Shown piece by piece: positions 40,701-55,700 of a stretch of 64,000 bases of DNA (position 1 is the stretch's first letter; every line of letters begins with the position of its first letter). The position numbers and the translations under genes are program-made. The notes beneath the pieces were generated by a model that worked only from the letters and a program-made list of their open reading frames with translations, was not told the origin of the DNA and did not search any database. Source of the stretch: Chiloscyllium plagiosum (lineage: Eukaryota); the NCBI RefSeq assembly GCF_004010195.1, contig NC_057718.1, positions 26,887,631 through 26,951,630 on the forward strand. Reading direction: 5' to 3'.

Positions 40701-43700
40701 ATGTCAATTCTCCTGCTGTGCTTTTTCAGCACCACACGTTTTGACCCTTGTGGTTTATAACCAATTGCATATTCTCAATACAACTATGGCACCGTGATCC
40801 ATCTGCACAGAATTGCAACCCTGATGTCACACAAGCTCCTTTGTTCTATCCATGTATGCTCCTAACTCAGAATATTAAGCTGATGAATTTCATTTCCATC
40901 GAGAACAAAGGTAAAATCTCTACTTACAGATTATATACTAGAAGCACAGGTGACTCTGCCAGAAAGAAACAGCACAGAAATACAGAAAATGAGAGTAGAC
41001 CATTCAGCCCACTGAGCATACTTTGCATTCAACATGATCATTGTTTATCCTCTCTCAATGCCATACCTCCATTCTCTGCTCATACCACTGTACATCTTTA
41101 GCCACTAGCAATCTATTACTTTTTTAAAAGCATTGTCATTTTGCCCCCACAGTCTCATGTAGTAGAGAATTCCACTGGTTCACCACCTTAAGAGTAAAGA
41201 AATTTCTTCTCATCTCAGTCCAAAATGGCCTACCCCATATCCTGATATAGCGAACCTTTGTATGAGAACATCCACCCATGTAGGAGAAACATCATTTCTG
41301 CATCCAGTCTGTCCCATTAAGAGTTTATATATGTAGTAGAGAATTCCACTGGTTCACCACCTTAAGAGTAAAGAAATTTCTTCTCATCTCAGTCCAAAAT
41401 GGCCTACCCCATATCCTGATATAGTGAACCTTTGTATGAGAACATCCACCCATGTAGGAGAAACATAATTTCTGCATCCAGTCTGTCCCATTAAGAGTTT
41501 ATATATTTCAAGTGGATCACCTTCCAATTCTTTTAAACTTGACTGAATACAGATCCAGACAACTCAAACTCTCCTTGTATACTAAACCGACTAGCCCAGG
41601 AAGATTACTGGTGAACCTTCATTACATTCACTTTATGGCTAGTATATGTTTCCTTGAGTAAGGAGACCAAAACTGTACACAACACTCCAGGTCTGCTCTC
41701 ACCAAAGCCATAGAGACCTGCTCAAAGTTTCTCCTGCCCTCAAAGCCTCTTGCAAAGAAGGCCAATGTTTCATTTGCCTTAATAACAGCTGCACTTGTAC
41801 GCTTGCTTTCAATGTCAAGTGTAGAAGAACACTGACATTCCTTTATATATCAATATTTCCTAATATTTAAATAATACTTGCTGAAGTGGACAATGTCACA
41901 ATTACCCACATTGTACTACATCCACCATGCATTTGATCACGCACTCAATTTGTCTAAACTACATTGAAAACTCTTTGCACTGTCTTCATCAGTCATCATG
42001 CCATCCAGTTTTGTGTTGTAAGCAAATTTATAACATTGTATTTGATTCCTAAATCTGAATTGTTGATACATATTGCAAATAGCTGTGACCCATAGTCTTA
42101 TTCCTAAAGTACCGTACTTGTCACTACTTTCCACACTGAAAAAAAGACCTATTTAATTCTACTTTCTGTTTCCTGTCCGCTATGGGCGGCATGGTGGCAC
42201 AGTGGTTAGCACTGCTGCCTCACAGCGCCAGTCCCGCCTCAGGCGACTGACTGTGTGGAGTTTGCACATTCTCCCAGTGTCTGCGTGGGTTTCCTCCGGG
42301 TGCTCCGGTTTCCTCCCACAGTCCAAAGATGTGCAGGTACGGTGAATTGGCCATGCTAAATTGCCCGTAGTGTTAGGTAAGGAGTACATGTAGGGGAATG
42401 GGTGGGTTGCGCTTCGGCGGGTCGGTGTGGACTTGTTGGGCCGAAGGGCCTGTTTCCACACTGTAATGTAATCTAATCTAATCTAATCAAATCAAATCTT
42501 AGTCCATGCCAGATATCCACAAATATCCTTTTCAGCAAAGTCTACTAGGCAGCTTTAAAAACAACCTGAACTGTTTCATAGAATCCCTACACTGTGCAAA
42601 GAAGCCATTCCGCCCTTCGAGTCCACACTGACTCTCTGAAGAGCATTCCAACAGCAACACCCCCCATCAGCATACCCAATCCCTGTAATCCTGCACTCCC
42701 CCAGACACTATGGACAATGCAGCAGGTCAATGCATCTGACCTGCACATATTTGAACTGAGGGAGGAAATCCATGCAGATGTGGGGCAAGTGTGCAAACCA
42801 CACACAGACAGTAGACCGAGGCTGGAATCAAACTTGGGTTCCTGACACTGAGGTATGCAGTGCTAACCACTGAGCCACATTGTCCCCAGCTGAAGTGCAA
42901 AAGTGAACTGCTGGCACAACTGCCATTCCAGATTATATTAACAAATTTAGCAAAATTCAGAAATTTCCTGAACCAGGAAAATAGCTTGTAGCCAGAAAAA
43001 GCTGAAGATAAATATTAATTTATAAACTTATAAAAAGACAAAATCACACGGCCACACAAAAGTTTAGGTTCACAAAGGAAAGCCATTTGCAGAAAATATG
43101 GGAAGCAGTCCAGGGCCATGATAGATGCCCCAAAGAGTAAAATGGTTTGGAAAAAGAGGAAAAAGGAAGCAACCAACTAAAACACTTACTCCAAGTATTA
43201 AATGTTTTAGTCTGGTCAACTTGGACTGCAATTGCGATATAACATTGACTACATACCGTTTTAAGAAAATATTTCCAAATATAATCAAAAAAAAAGCAAA
43301 TTCCACCTCTTCAAGAGAACAGTAAGACCTTTCGGTACTTACCATGATCAGTTCTGGGTGATCTCTGCACATCTTGAGAATTGACGAACAAGCGTGCCTA
43401 CGAACATTTTTCACTGCTCTTGTTCTTGGAGCCTGTAACCCCAATAGAGGCACATTCTAAGTATAGACCTGCTAGCAATATTTCACTACTAATTTTTTTC
43501 TTTTAATAAAGAAAGTTGTCCTACCTGGCTCTCCTCGACCACTTCGAAAGTAGCAGATGCAAAGAGCTAAAGAAAAATAAATTGAAACAAATCAAGAGCT
43601 ATTTAGCTGAAATTGACAGAATTGTGAACTTTGATTGTCTCCTCATGAGGGTTGTGCACTGACCATATTCAAGGTTCAGATAGAAAAATGATCGGTTAGG

Positions 43701-46700
43701 GTCACATGAAACATAGGAAATATGGGTAAGAAAGTAGTAGTGAGATGGAGGATCAGGCAATGATCATACTGAATGCGAATCAGACTTAAATGACCACTGA
43801 GCTTCTCTTGCTCCTTTTCCTTTGGTTTTTTTTCACCAGTATATTAACTGATGTAAATGGGTAAATTGAAAGTTTAGGAGTATCAATAAAAGACACTTGG
43901 TAATGCAGAACCAGAGTACTGCTGAACAAAACACTTGCTTGAAGTTCTTCATCTTACACTCATCAGGATATCTGCAGGAATACCAATGTAAGGGAAACAG
44001 CATTTTATATCATACATTTAGAAACCACTGATTGGTTGGCAAGTGTAGGACTAGATTGGTAGAAGCATTACTGAGAATGCACCCCAGTTAAATGGTGACA
44101 GACAACTAACTACTAAGTTTTGTTTCAATTTAAACCACACAGAATTGACATTTGTCTCAACATGGCCCTCGGGAATGAGCCAGAGGATGGTTGTTGTGGC
44201 TGTTTCAACTAAATAAGACAAGCAACATGCATGTATATTATTTGTTTGCATAGAATACAGTAGCTTGTACTAATATATGTAGCTATCAATATACACAAAA
44301 CCCACACTACATGCCTGACAAGCTTAAATTGGTTCATATCCATCCTCTTATATTCATCATGATAATTTAAAAATGGTTAAAAATATTGAGGCACATTAGC
44401 ATGTGGTATGAAATGCAATACAATTTACTCTAAGCCTAAAATCATATTCACAGCCCCAAACCAAAACTTAACTGTTCAAATACCAAAACCCATGCACAAA
44501 ATTCAAATATACCAAAACTGGGATCAAAGAACAAAAAAACTTGCTTTATCAGAATGGAGAACCAAAAAGTGGACAAACAGAACATAGAACAGTACAGCAC
44601 AGGAACAAGCCCACCATGTTTGCGCTGATCATGATACCATTCTAAACTAATTCCATTTCCCTGCACTTGGTCATATTCTTCTATTCACTGCCTGTTCATG
44701 TGTCGGTCTGAATGCCTTAAACATTGCTAATACATCTACTTCTACCACATTCCCTGGCAGCATGTTCCAGGCACCTGCCATTGTGTTCTCAAACACTTCC
44801 CCCTCTTACCTAAAGTCTATGCTCCCACTATTTGAAATTTCTACCATATGCACGCACACCTCTCAATTTTAAATAGTCCTATCAAATTGCTCCTCAGCCT
44901 TCTATGCCCTCGCGAAAATAATCCAAGTTCGTCTAACTTCCCCTTATAGCTGATACATTCCAATCCAAACAACATTGTGATACACCTATTTTTCACCCTC
45001 ACCAAAGACTCAACATCCTTCCTATAACTAGGACCAAAACTGCACACAATGCTCCAAAATGAGACCTAACAAAAGGTTTTTAGAGCTGTAACATGTCTGG
45101 CCAACCTTTATACTCAATGCCCCAATCGATGAAGGCAAAAATGACATACATCTCCTTTTCCACCTTATTCACTTGTGTTGCCACTTTCAGAGAGTTATGG
45201 AATGTACCCCAAGATCCCCATGTATATTAATGCTCCTACAAATCCTGCACTTACTGTATTCTTTCTTCCTCCATTTGACCTCCCAAAATGCATCACCTCA
45301 TACATTAAACTTCATCTGCCACTTCTCTGCTCAACTTTCCAACTGATCTTGCTGTAACCTTTCTATCCCTCACTATCCAAAGCTCTACCAATTTTCATGT
45401 TTTACGGTCATAGTCATACAGCACAGAAACAACCCTTTGGTTCAACCAGTCCATGCCGATTATAATCCCAAACTAAACTTAGTCCCATCTGCCTGCACTT
45501 GGCCCATACCCCTCCAAGTATTTCCTATTCATTTACAATGTTTAAAAGGTATTTAGGTAAGTAACTGTACCCACATCCACCACTTCCTCCCAAAGTTCAG
45601 TCCACACACAAACCATGGTGTAAAAAAAATGCCTCTCATGTCTGTTTAAATCTTTCTTCTCTCACCTTAAAAATACACCCCCTCGTCTTGAAATCCCTCG
45701 CTTAAGGGAAAAGGCACCTGCCATTCACCTTATCAAATCTCAAAAGCTTCCAAGAATAACTGATGCAACTCTTTTGCAAACTTACCAAATCATTCCACCT
45801 ATATTCTCACCCAATTTATGCAAGTTATAAATAACAGCACTGAACCTTGCAGACTACCAATCACAGATCCTCTGGTAGAAAAACACCTTTCCACAACTAC
45901 CTTCTGTCTTTTATGACCAAACCAATTTTGTATCCAATTTATCAATTCACCGTGGATCCCATGTAACTTAATCTTCTAGACCAGCCTACCATGAGGGATC
46001 TTGTCAAATGCTTTAGTAATGTCCATGCAGACACCATCTGCTGCCCTACCGTCAATGATCTTAGTCACTTCCTTAAAATATCAAACCTATGAGATAAGAT
46101 CTCCCCTATACATCGCCATGCTAACCATCTCAAACACATTGAATCTTTTCCAAATGAGAGTAAATCCTGTCTCTAAAAATCTGTTTCAATAATTTCCATA
46201 CTACTGATGTAAGGCTCACCAGCCTACAACTTCCTGGATTATCCATTTGCCCTTCTTAAACAAAGGAACAACATTGGCTATATTCCAGTCTTCTGGACGT
46301 CAAACACGATCCCACTTCCAGACCACCACGGCATTTCCGTCACCATAGGGCTCACTTTCTCTTATCACATTACAAAAGCCATCACTGCAAATAACTGTAC
46401 TTCATACAAGTATTCCCAACCCATTACACATTTAATGGAATTTTTTGTGAACAGTGAGCTTAAAGGTCAACAAGCTGACGTCCAAATGACAATCTTAACT
46501 GAAGTAAAGTTTCATTGTTCACAGGGACAATAGCAGAGTAAGCAATGTCTGACACATGCATAAAGCATGTTTTCAGGAGTAACCACTAAGGATGAATGAA
46601 CGTTGAAGTTGCAGGGGGTGAAAAAGGTGCACACTTAAGTCCATACAGATAAGCAAACTCAAAAATGACAGAGATGCAAATTGTGGAATTTTACCTGCTT

Positions 46701-49700
46701 TGTCATATGCAAATTAACTGGTTTCAGTTTACAACAAATTGTACTCAGTAAGACTTAGAACAATGAACCAGATCAGCCTTTAGATGGACTGCATTTCTGT
46801 TGGCAACATTTTTGAATCTATTCCAGCATATTTGAAGAAAACTATTTTTCCAAAATTTCTACAGATTGGCATGCAAAAAAGAAATACCTTTTCGAGGACT
46901 TGTGGCAAGACAGTGGCATCATGGAGAAGGAAGGGAGAAAGTGTGGACACAGCTGTTAGGATGCACGACAGGATGAGCGGATCATGGGTTTGATAACTTA
47001 AAACAGCTTTCAGCAGCTCAATTCCATCTGCCACTGGAAGTTGCTGCAAAACAAAAGAGTTAGGTATCCAGATGTCATCTCTCATCTTCATAACAGTCAA
47101 ACAATATTCAATGCTGACTAAAATTTTAAATGTTATTCTGAAATTATAGTTGTTTCCATTAAGAAACTAGGATCTTTAAAATACATATTTTAAGTTATAT
47201 TAAAAACATTTCCCAATTTCCCTCTCCACACAAATAAAAACAATAAACATGCATCATAACCCAGAGTTAAATGCTTCGTTTTGAAGAGACGCAAGTCCAA
47301 TTGAACTGGTGTGCAAAACTAAAACATTTGCTCCATTCCCAAAAATATCACCAGAACCTTTCCCATAATACCCAAGCACCACCTAGTTCAGATAAAATCA
47401 AGAGCCAATGGGAGAGAAAAGAGTTAGGACCCATTTATTTGGTCGAAAAAGTGGAGAAAAGGGGTGGAAAACTGCAACTCAAACAAAATCACTGCCAAAG
47501 CTTCAACTCAGGCTGAACATTTAAATAAAGCTGTTTCCAAGCATGGCCACAGTTCTGTGACAATGCACCAAATTAAGGTTGGTAGTTTGTTCCACTGAGC
47601 TCTTTCCCAAAAGCAAGGGATAGAAAATGGGAACATAGTGAACTCCTTTTGCTCAATAGGCATGGACTAGCATAGATAATGCAGAATAAGGTGGAAATGT
47701 GGATAACAACACAAAAGGCAAGAGGATAGTGACTAACATTCTAGTTTCTTAACTGCAAATGTAAATGCTCATCATACAAGTCTGAATTGCAAAAGTATAT
47801 ATTTGTAGACTGCCAAATATGATCTCAAAAGTCATGAATTAAGGTTTCCTGAAAATACACTTGGAATTGTGTGAACACCAAATGAATTACAATCTCATTA
47901 AAGTCAATGCAACAAAATCTCACAAGATTGACTCCTGTGATGAGGGGCTGTTCTACAAGGAGGAAGGGATATAATCTCTAGAGATTACGAAATTAAAGAC
48001 AATTAAAAACAACGACATTTACAGAGGAGTCAACAGGTTAGATCCGGAGTTTTGAATGGCTAGAAAATTGAGAATAAAGGGTGTACCCATTTAAGACTCA
48101 AATAAAACTTTCTTTATTCAGACAGTAGTAAATTATTAGAAATCTCCAGCTCAGAACACTGAACGTTCAGTCAATGAGTATATGAGAGAATTAATTTTTG
48201 GTCATGAAAAAAATCTGAGGGTAGGGCTGGAAAATTGAGTTGACGTACCAGGTCAGATATAATCTTACTAATTTGCAAAGGAGCCATATGGCTTGCTTCC
48301 ATTTTGTATGTCATCACTGCAATTGGAATGGTTAGTGCCATTTGAAAAGGAAGGTTGCCCAAGTGGGTATCGGCTCTCATTATTCACGCACCTCAGGCTC
48401 CATGGTTCTGAATAGCTGGCTCATCACACTCTCCATAAAGAAGGTCAATGCATCCCATTGCACAAAAGATGGTGAAAAGATAGAGCACAAACCTTTGCCA
48501 GTCTTAGCTGTGGAAGGAAAAAGAAAATCTAAAATCACTGACAAAGAGGATTCATCAATTAAATTATCCACAAAATAGAAACATGTAAAATAAAGCATTG
48601 AACCATGACCATATGGAACCACTAATTTATAAAGAAAATAATGAATTGAATTCATGCAAAATATGATTTGCAATAACACAGCACAGGTCCCAGACGTTAA
48701 TGTAACCTAATAATTATTTCAATTTATTTACTTTTTTAAAAATTTATTCACAGGTTGAAGGCACCTCTGGCTGGGCCAGCATTTATTAACCATCCCTTGT
48801 GTCCCCAAGAAGATGGTGGCAACTGTCTTCTTGAACAGCTGCAGCCCATTTGGTGTAGGGAGACTCACAATGTTATTCAGGAAAGAGTTTTCTAGTCACT
48901 GATGAAGGGACAATGAAGGAACAAAGATATATGTCCATGTTAGGATAGTGAGTAAACTTGCAGGCGGTGGCATTCCCATTTATTTGCTGCCTTTGCCCTT
49001 CTAGATAGTTTGGAAGGTGTGAAAGAGCATTCGTGAATTTCTGTAGTGCATCTTGCAGATGATACACAGTATTGCTAATCAATAGCAGTAAAAAAAAACT
49101 GTACTAACACTTCTATTACAAGATAAAATTGTACATTAAGTGGCTGTAATTGCCACAATGCAATATTATTAAAACAAAAAACAAAGCAGAGACACAATTT
49201 TATTTCTGGGTACACACAACAGGTCCTAGATGGATTTTCCTCTTCAGTGCTGCGAAGAATTCTCACAATGGGGGGTTTGGTGCTTGGTCAAAGTGCAACT
49301 GGCTATGGCACATAGACTGAAAACCAATATGTAAAGGGTTTCCTGGGCCTCCGACTGACAAGAGAACCTCATGTCGACAGGGGATCCTGGAACAAATATG
49401 TCAAGATGGGAGGGGTCAGAGCACAAAAAGAAACCATCTATTAGCCAAGCTGAGTTTTGCGCACAAAGTACAGTAGCGTAGCTGAGCTGGTGAGTGGAAC
49501 AACTAGTGACTACAGGCAGTGCCCTCATGGCAGAAATGTTACAAATCAGACATCGTATCAGCAGTGTTCCACCACAGAAAAGCTAGTAAATAGCAGACAG
49601 AGTGAGGAAGTATCCTGAAACTTTTAACAGTTTTGCAGCAAGCATATAAGCAGAGTTAAATCTGAAATGATACCATTTTTCACCAGCAGGAACCACAAAA

Positions 49701-52700
49701 TTTAGGGAGTAGGCAGGTGTCATGCATTGAACAGTTATACATAGGTCACCTGAAAGGATTTTCTCAACACCAGCTAAGGCCTTCAAAAGGTCAACTTGGA
49801 TGGATATAAAAGGTCTAGTGACATTATTTTAAAAAGCTGCACGAGGGTTCACCCAGTATGTTAGCTGATAACACGTATGAGCTTGGAGTGGACCACTTAA
49901 ACCCTCAAACCTGCTCCATCATTCAAGAGAAGCACTGTTGATCTGAATATTCCACTTTGCCACTTAGCCCTAATAACCTTGCACTCATTTGCTTATCAAG
50001 AATCTATTTACCTCTACCTTAAATACAGGCAAGGACTCACGACCCTCAGAAAAAAAACTCTCATCTGTCTTAAATCATCAACCTCATTTTTAATCAGTGA
50101 CCTAAATTCTCTGAAGATGAAACACTCTTTCCACCACCATCCTGTCATGAACCCTCAGGATTTCTTACATATGTGTTTCAAATAAGTCCTGTTTTACTTT
50201 TTCTAGACTTCTGCAGATACAAGCCCAGCCTCAACAATCTTTCCTCGTAGGCAAGCTCTCCTGTTCCAGGTATTAGTTTAGTTTTTCAAGGCAGCTGATG
50301 GTCATACTGGACCCAGTTAGATTGTGGAGTGAAACAAAGCTTTCAACCCAGTCAAGTACCAGTTCTATCTTCAATTACATATTTCACACAACTGATAAGA
50401 TCACGAGCATTTTCCTTCACCAACTTTCTTTACACTCACCAAATCTGACTCTTTTAGTTTCTGCTCAGAACATAAAGGCTGCCTCTCAGACTTTTCTCCA
50501 CCTTGGACTACTTTGAGGCTTCTGAAACTATTTAAGTCCAATTTCTACCTCTGTTAGCCTGTAAAATTGCAAAGCTAAAATACCCTGCTGTGAAGATTAT
50601 AACGTCCTTTTGAACTCAACCTGTTTGTCACCCCATGCTTTGCATTGGTAAAAATTGCATCTTAGCAAACACTAACAGCAATTTGCTCACCAGGAAGCTG
50701 GACTAGCCGCTTAGATGAAAATTATTCTTAGAAATGCTATTGTGGAGTCATACAGCATGGAAACAGACACTTCAGCCCAACTAGTCCAGGCTGCTTATTC
50801 TGACCCTACTAAATAGAGGTTTCTGACACTTAAGGAAAGGTGCTTCAAAAATGGTTTCATCAAAGCCCCATACAACTAAAGCATAACATCCTTCCTTCTG
50901 CATTCAATTCCTCTTGCAATTAATGACAATATTTTCATTTGTTTTATTAGTTATTTGCTAGACCTACATATGAAACTTTTGCAATTTATGCACTAGAATA
51001 ATCAGATCCCACTTCATCTCAGCACTCTGCATTGTCACTACTTAGATTTTTTGTTTAATTTTTCCTGATAGAATGTGAAGTTGTCCATTTTCCTTATTAT
51101 AATCCATTTCCCACATCTTTGCTCACTCACTAAACCTACTCTACATGCCCTAAACTTGCATTCCTCCTTATCTTCATGTCATCAGCACATTTAGCAAGCA
51201 CGTCTTCAACCATTCACCCAAATTAGTCATACAAACTGCATAAAGTTGACACCTGACCACTGATCACTATGGCACCCCATTCATTACATCTTACCAACCT
51301 GTAAACCATCATTTATGCCGACTATTTCCTGTTAGGTAAAAATTGACTAGTTAGCTATGCCAAAATGCTCCTCCGATATCAAGAGCTCATTTTCCACAAT
51401 AAACCGTGATACGGATTTTATCAAATGAGTCTGGAAATTCAAGTTTAGTATATCTGCTGTTATCCCCTGTAACCATAGCACGTTACTTCCTCAAAGAATA
51501 TCAATAACTTAACTAAACTATTTTCTTTTCACAAACCATGGTGACTCTGCTAAGAGTCATATTCATTCTGATGAAGAGCTCCTGCCCGAAAAGTCGATTT
51601 TCCTGCTCCTCTGGTGCTGCTGTACTTTTCCAGCACCACTGTAATCCAGACTCTGATTTCCAGCATCTGGAGTCCTCACTTTTGCCATATTCATAGAGGA
51701 GGACAGCCCAGAAACAGACCCTGCGGTCCAACTCGCCTGTGCCGACCAGATATCCTAACCTAATCTAGTCCCATTTGCCAGCACTTGGCACATATCCCTC
51801 TGAACCCTTCTTATTCACAGGCGCACAGATGTAATTGTACCAGCCTCCACCACTTCTTCTGGCAGCTGATTCCACACACACACACAATATCCTCTGTGTG
51901 AAAAAGTTGCCCCTTGGGTCTCTTTTATATCTTTCCCCTCTCAGCCTAAACCTATACCCTCTAGTTCTGCACTTCCCCCACCCCAGGGAAAAGACCTGGT
52001 GTACTTATCCTATCCAGCTGCTGATGATTTTATAAACCTCAAGAAGGTCACTCCTCAGTCTCCAACGCTCCAGGGAAAACAGCTGCAGCCGATTCTGCCT
52101 CTCCAGTTAGCTCAAATCCTTCAACCCTAGCAACATCCTTGTAAATCTTTTCTGAACCCTTTCAAGTTTCACAGCATCCTTCCTATAGGAAGACGACCAG
52201 AATTGCACACAAAATTCCAAAAGTGGCCTAACCAATGTCCTGTACAGTAGCAACATGACCTCCCAACTCCGATACTCAATACTCTGACCAATAAAGGAAA
52301 GCATACCAAACACTTTCTTTACTATACTATCTACCTGCGACTCCACTTTCAAGGAGCTATGAACCTGCATTCCAAGGTCTCTTTGTTCAGCAACATGCCA
52401 CAGGACCTTACCATAAGTCCTGCTAAGATTTGCTTTCCCAAAATACAGCACCTAGCATTTATCTAAATTAAATTCCATCTGCCACTCATCAGCCCATTGG
52501 CCCCTCTGATCAAGATCCCATTTCACTCTGAGGTAACCTTCTTCGCTGTCCACTCCACCTCAAATTTTGGTGTTACCTGCAAACTTACTAACTCCTATGG
52601 TCACAGCCAAATAATTTATATAAATGACGAAAAGTAGTGGATCCAGCACTGATCCTTGTGGCACTCCACTGAAAAACAATCCTCCACCACTACCCTTTGT

Positions 52701-55700
52701 CTTCTACCTTTGAACCAGTTCTGTATCCAAATGGCCAATTCTCCCTGTATTCCATGAGATCTAACCTTGCTAATCAATCAGTCTCCCATAGGGAACTTTG
52801 TCAAACACCTTACTGAAGTCCACATAGATCACGTTCACAGCTCTGCCCTCAGCAATCCTTTTCACTACTTCTTCAAAAAACTCAAATCAAGTTTGAGACA
52901 CATGATTTCCCACGCACAAAGCCATGCTGACTATCCCTGATCACTCCTTGTGTTTCCAAATACATGTTAATCCTGTCCCTCAGGGTTCCCTCCAGCAACT
53001 TGCCCACCGCCGTCAGGTTCACCAGTTTATAGTTCCCTGGCTTTACCTTACCACCTTTGATTACCTTTAACATTTTTCAGTGCCCTGATTCAACATTATT
53101 CATAATAGCTTCTAATATCTTACCGATCAACAGTTCATAGATTTTAGCTACAAATAAGCAACTATTTATCATGAATAGTCATTTTTTTGTTGTACAGATA
53201 CCTTAATAGTTCTTGCCGTTAAGATGGATCAAAAAAGACAAGTGAGGTAATTTAGCAAAATCTGATTAAAAACGTCTGACAACAGAGTGGTCGAGGCATA
53301 TAGTATGCTTGCATTCATCAGACGGGGTATGGAGTATAAGAGCTGGCAAGTCATGTTAAAATTGTATTCTGGATTAGTGTGCTGGAAAAGCACAGCAGTT
53401 CAGGCAGCATCCAAGGAGCAGTAATTAAAATTGTACAAGACATTGGCTTGGCTGCATTTAGAATACTGTGTACAGTTCTGAGCGCCACATTACCAAAAGG
53501 ATGTTGGCACTTTGGAGAGGGTGCAGAGAAGTCTTATGAGGATGTTGCCTGGCACAGAAGGTGCTAGCTATGAAGAGAGGTTGAGTAGGTTAGGTTTATT
53601 TTCACTAGAAAAAGGGAGATTGAGGGGGGACCTGATTGAGGTTTACAAAATCATGAAGGGTATAGACAGGGTGGATAGAGACAAGCATTTTCCCAGGGTG
53701 AAGGATTCAATAACAAGAGGTCATGCTTTCAAAGTGAGAGGTGGAAAGTTTAAGGGGGATACACACGGTAAGTATTTCACACAGAGGGTGGTGGGCGTTT
53801 GGATCGCATTACCAGCAGAGGTGGTAGAGGCAAGCACGGTAGATTCATTTAAGATGTGTCTGGATAGATGCATGAGTAGGTGGGGAGCAGAGGGATATAG
53901 ATGCTTAGGAATTGACCGACAGATTTAGACAGTACATTTGGATCGGCTCAGGCTTGGAGGGCCAAAGGGCCTGTTCCCGGGCTGTAAATTTTCTTTGTTC
54001 TTTGTTCTAACTCCAGAATTAGCGGGGCTTGATTTCCACCACTTGACCACAAATGAGACGTGACACTTAATAATCAAGTTATTACTTGAATTTATTTTAC
54101 TTATTCTCATTTCCACTTGCAAAATTAACTTAATGTCACCGTTTAAAAATGGGATGAATAATGAAATCACTAGTTTCTTACATTCCCTCTACTAGTACCT
54201 TTTAAACAATTAAAATTTTGGTAACTGCAGGTTGCTTTATCAAACTAATTTCTCTTAACTTCAGCACTTCCACAAACCCTGAAAGCAGAAATTGCTCAAT
54301 CAACTCAACTTTCTATGAAAGTTGATTTATTCTTCTCCTTGCTCTAATTCCTGCAAACCTACCTCACCTAACTCCTCTCACGCATTACACACATTTTCAA
54401 AATGCCTTAAGGCCCTCCACATGCCTGTTCGGCTAGGAGAATGCGAATGGATGTCTCAGAATCCTGCTCGCACCTGCTCCTAATATTTATCTCTCAAACA
54501 ACAGCACAAACAGAGCACAATAATGCTATTTGTGGGACATAATTATTGCTATGCATAATTGGCTGCCACATTCCCTACAGTGCAACAGTGTCTACATTAC
54601 AAAACAAATATTACAAATGCTAGAAATCGAAGTTGTATCTCATTTTTAAACTGAATGTGGGAGGCTGTATGGTGCCTAGAGTTCAACAATTTCACACCAT
54701 AAAATCTGTTCCATTTTGCAACCAGGTTCATTACTGATTTTGGTTTTATATTTTACTCATTTTACTCATACTTGAGGAATAAGGGAATAATCAGGGAGAA
54801 GGTAGGGCCAATCAGGGATAGCAGAGGGAACTTGTGTGTGGATAGGGGAAGCCCTGAATGAGTTTTTTGCTTTGGTTTTCACCAAGGAAAGAGACCTTGT
54901 TGTGAATGAAAACTTCGAGGAGCGGGGATACAATCTTGACCAGATCAAGATTGATAAAATTGATGTGCTGGAAATTTTGGAAAACGTTAAGATTAATAAG
55001 CCTCCAGGGCCAGACCAGATTTATCCTAAGCTGCTCTGGGGAGCAAGAAAGGAGGTTGCTAAGCCACTGGCGAGGATATTTGCTTCCTAACTCTCCACGG
55101 GAGTTGTACCGGAGGATTGGAAGGAAGGAAGGAAGGTAGATAGAAAGGAAGGAAGGAAGGAAAAGGAAAAGGAAAAGGAAAAGAAGGAAGGAAGGAAGTC
55201 AGGCAGAACGACAGGCAGGCAGAACGACAGGCAGGCAGAACGATAGGCAGGCAGAACGACAGAAAAAGAGAATAAATTAGAAAGGACAAGATTGTGAAGT
55301 ACTTGGAAGCTCAGGGTAAAACATAGCTGAGTCAGCACAGCTTCATCAAGGGGAGGTCATTTCTGACAAATCTGTTAAATTCTTTGAAGAGGTAACAAGC
55401 AAATTAGACAAAGGAGAGACAGTGAACGTGATCCATATCCAAGGAATGATGTGCTGACCTTGGAGGGGGTCCAGAAGAAGTTTACAAGAATGATTCCAGG
55501 ATAAAGAACTTGTCATAAATGGAGCAGTTGAGGATTCTTGGTCAGTGCTTGGAGTTTAAAAAGATGAAGGAAGATCTGATTGAAGCCTACAAAATACTGA
55601 GAGGTCTGGATAAAGTAGATGTCGAGAAGCTATTTCCAATAGGAGAGACTAGGAGCCAAGGGTGCAGCCTCAGAGCAATGGGACAACCCCTTAGAACTGA

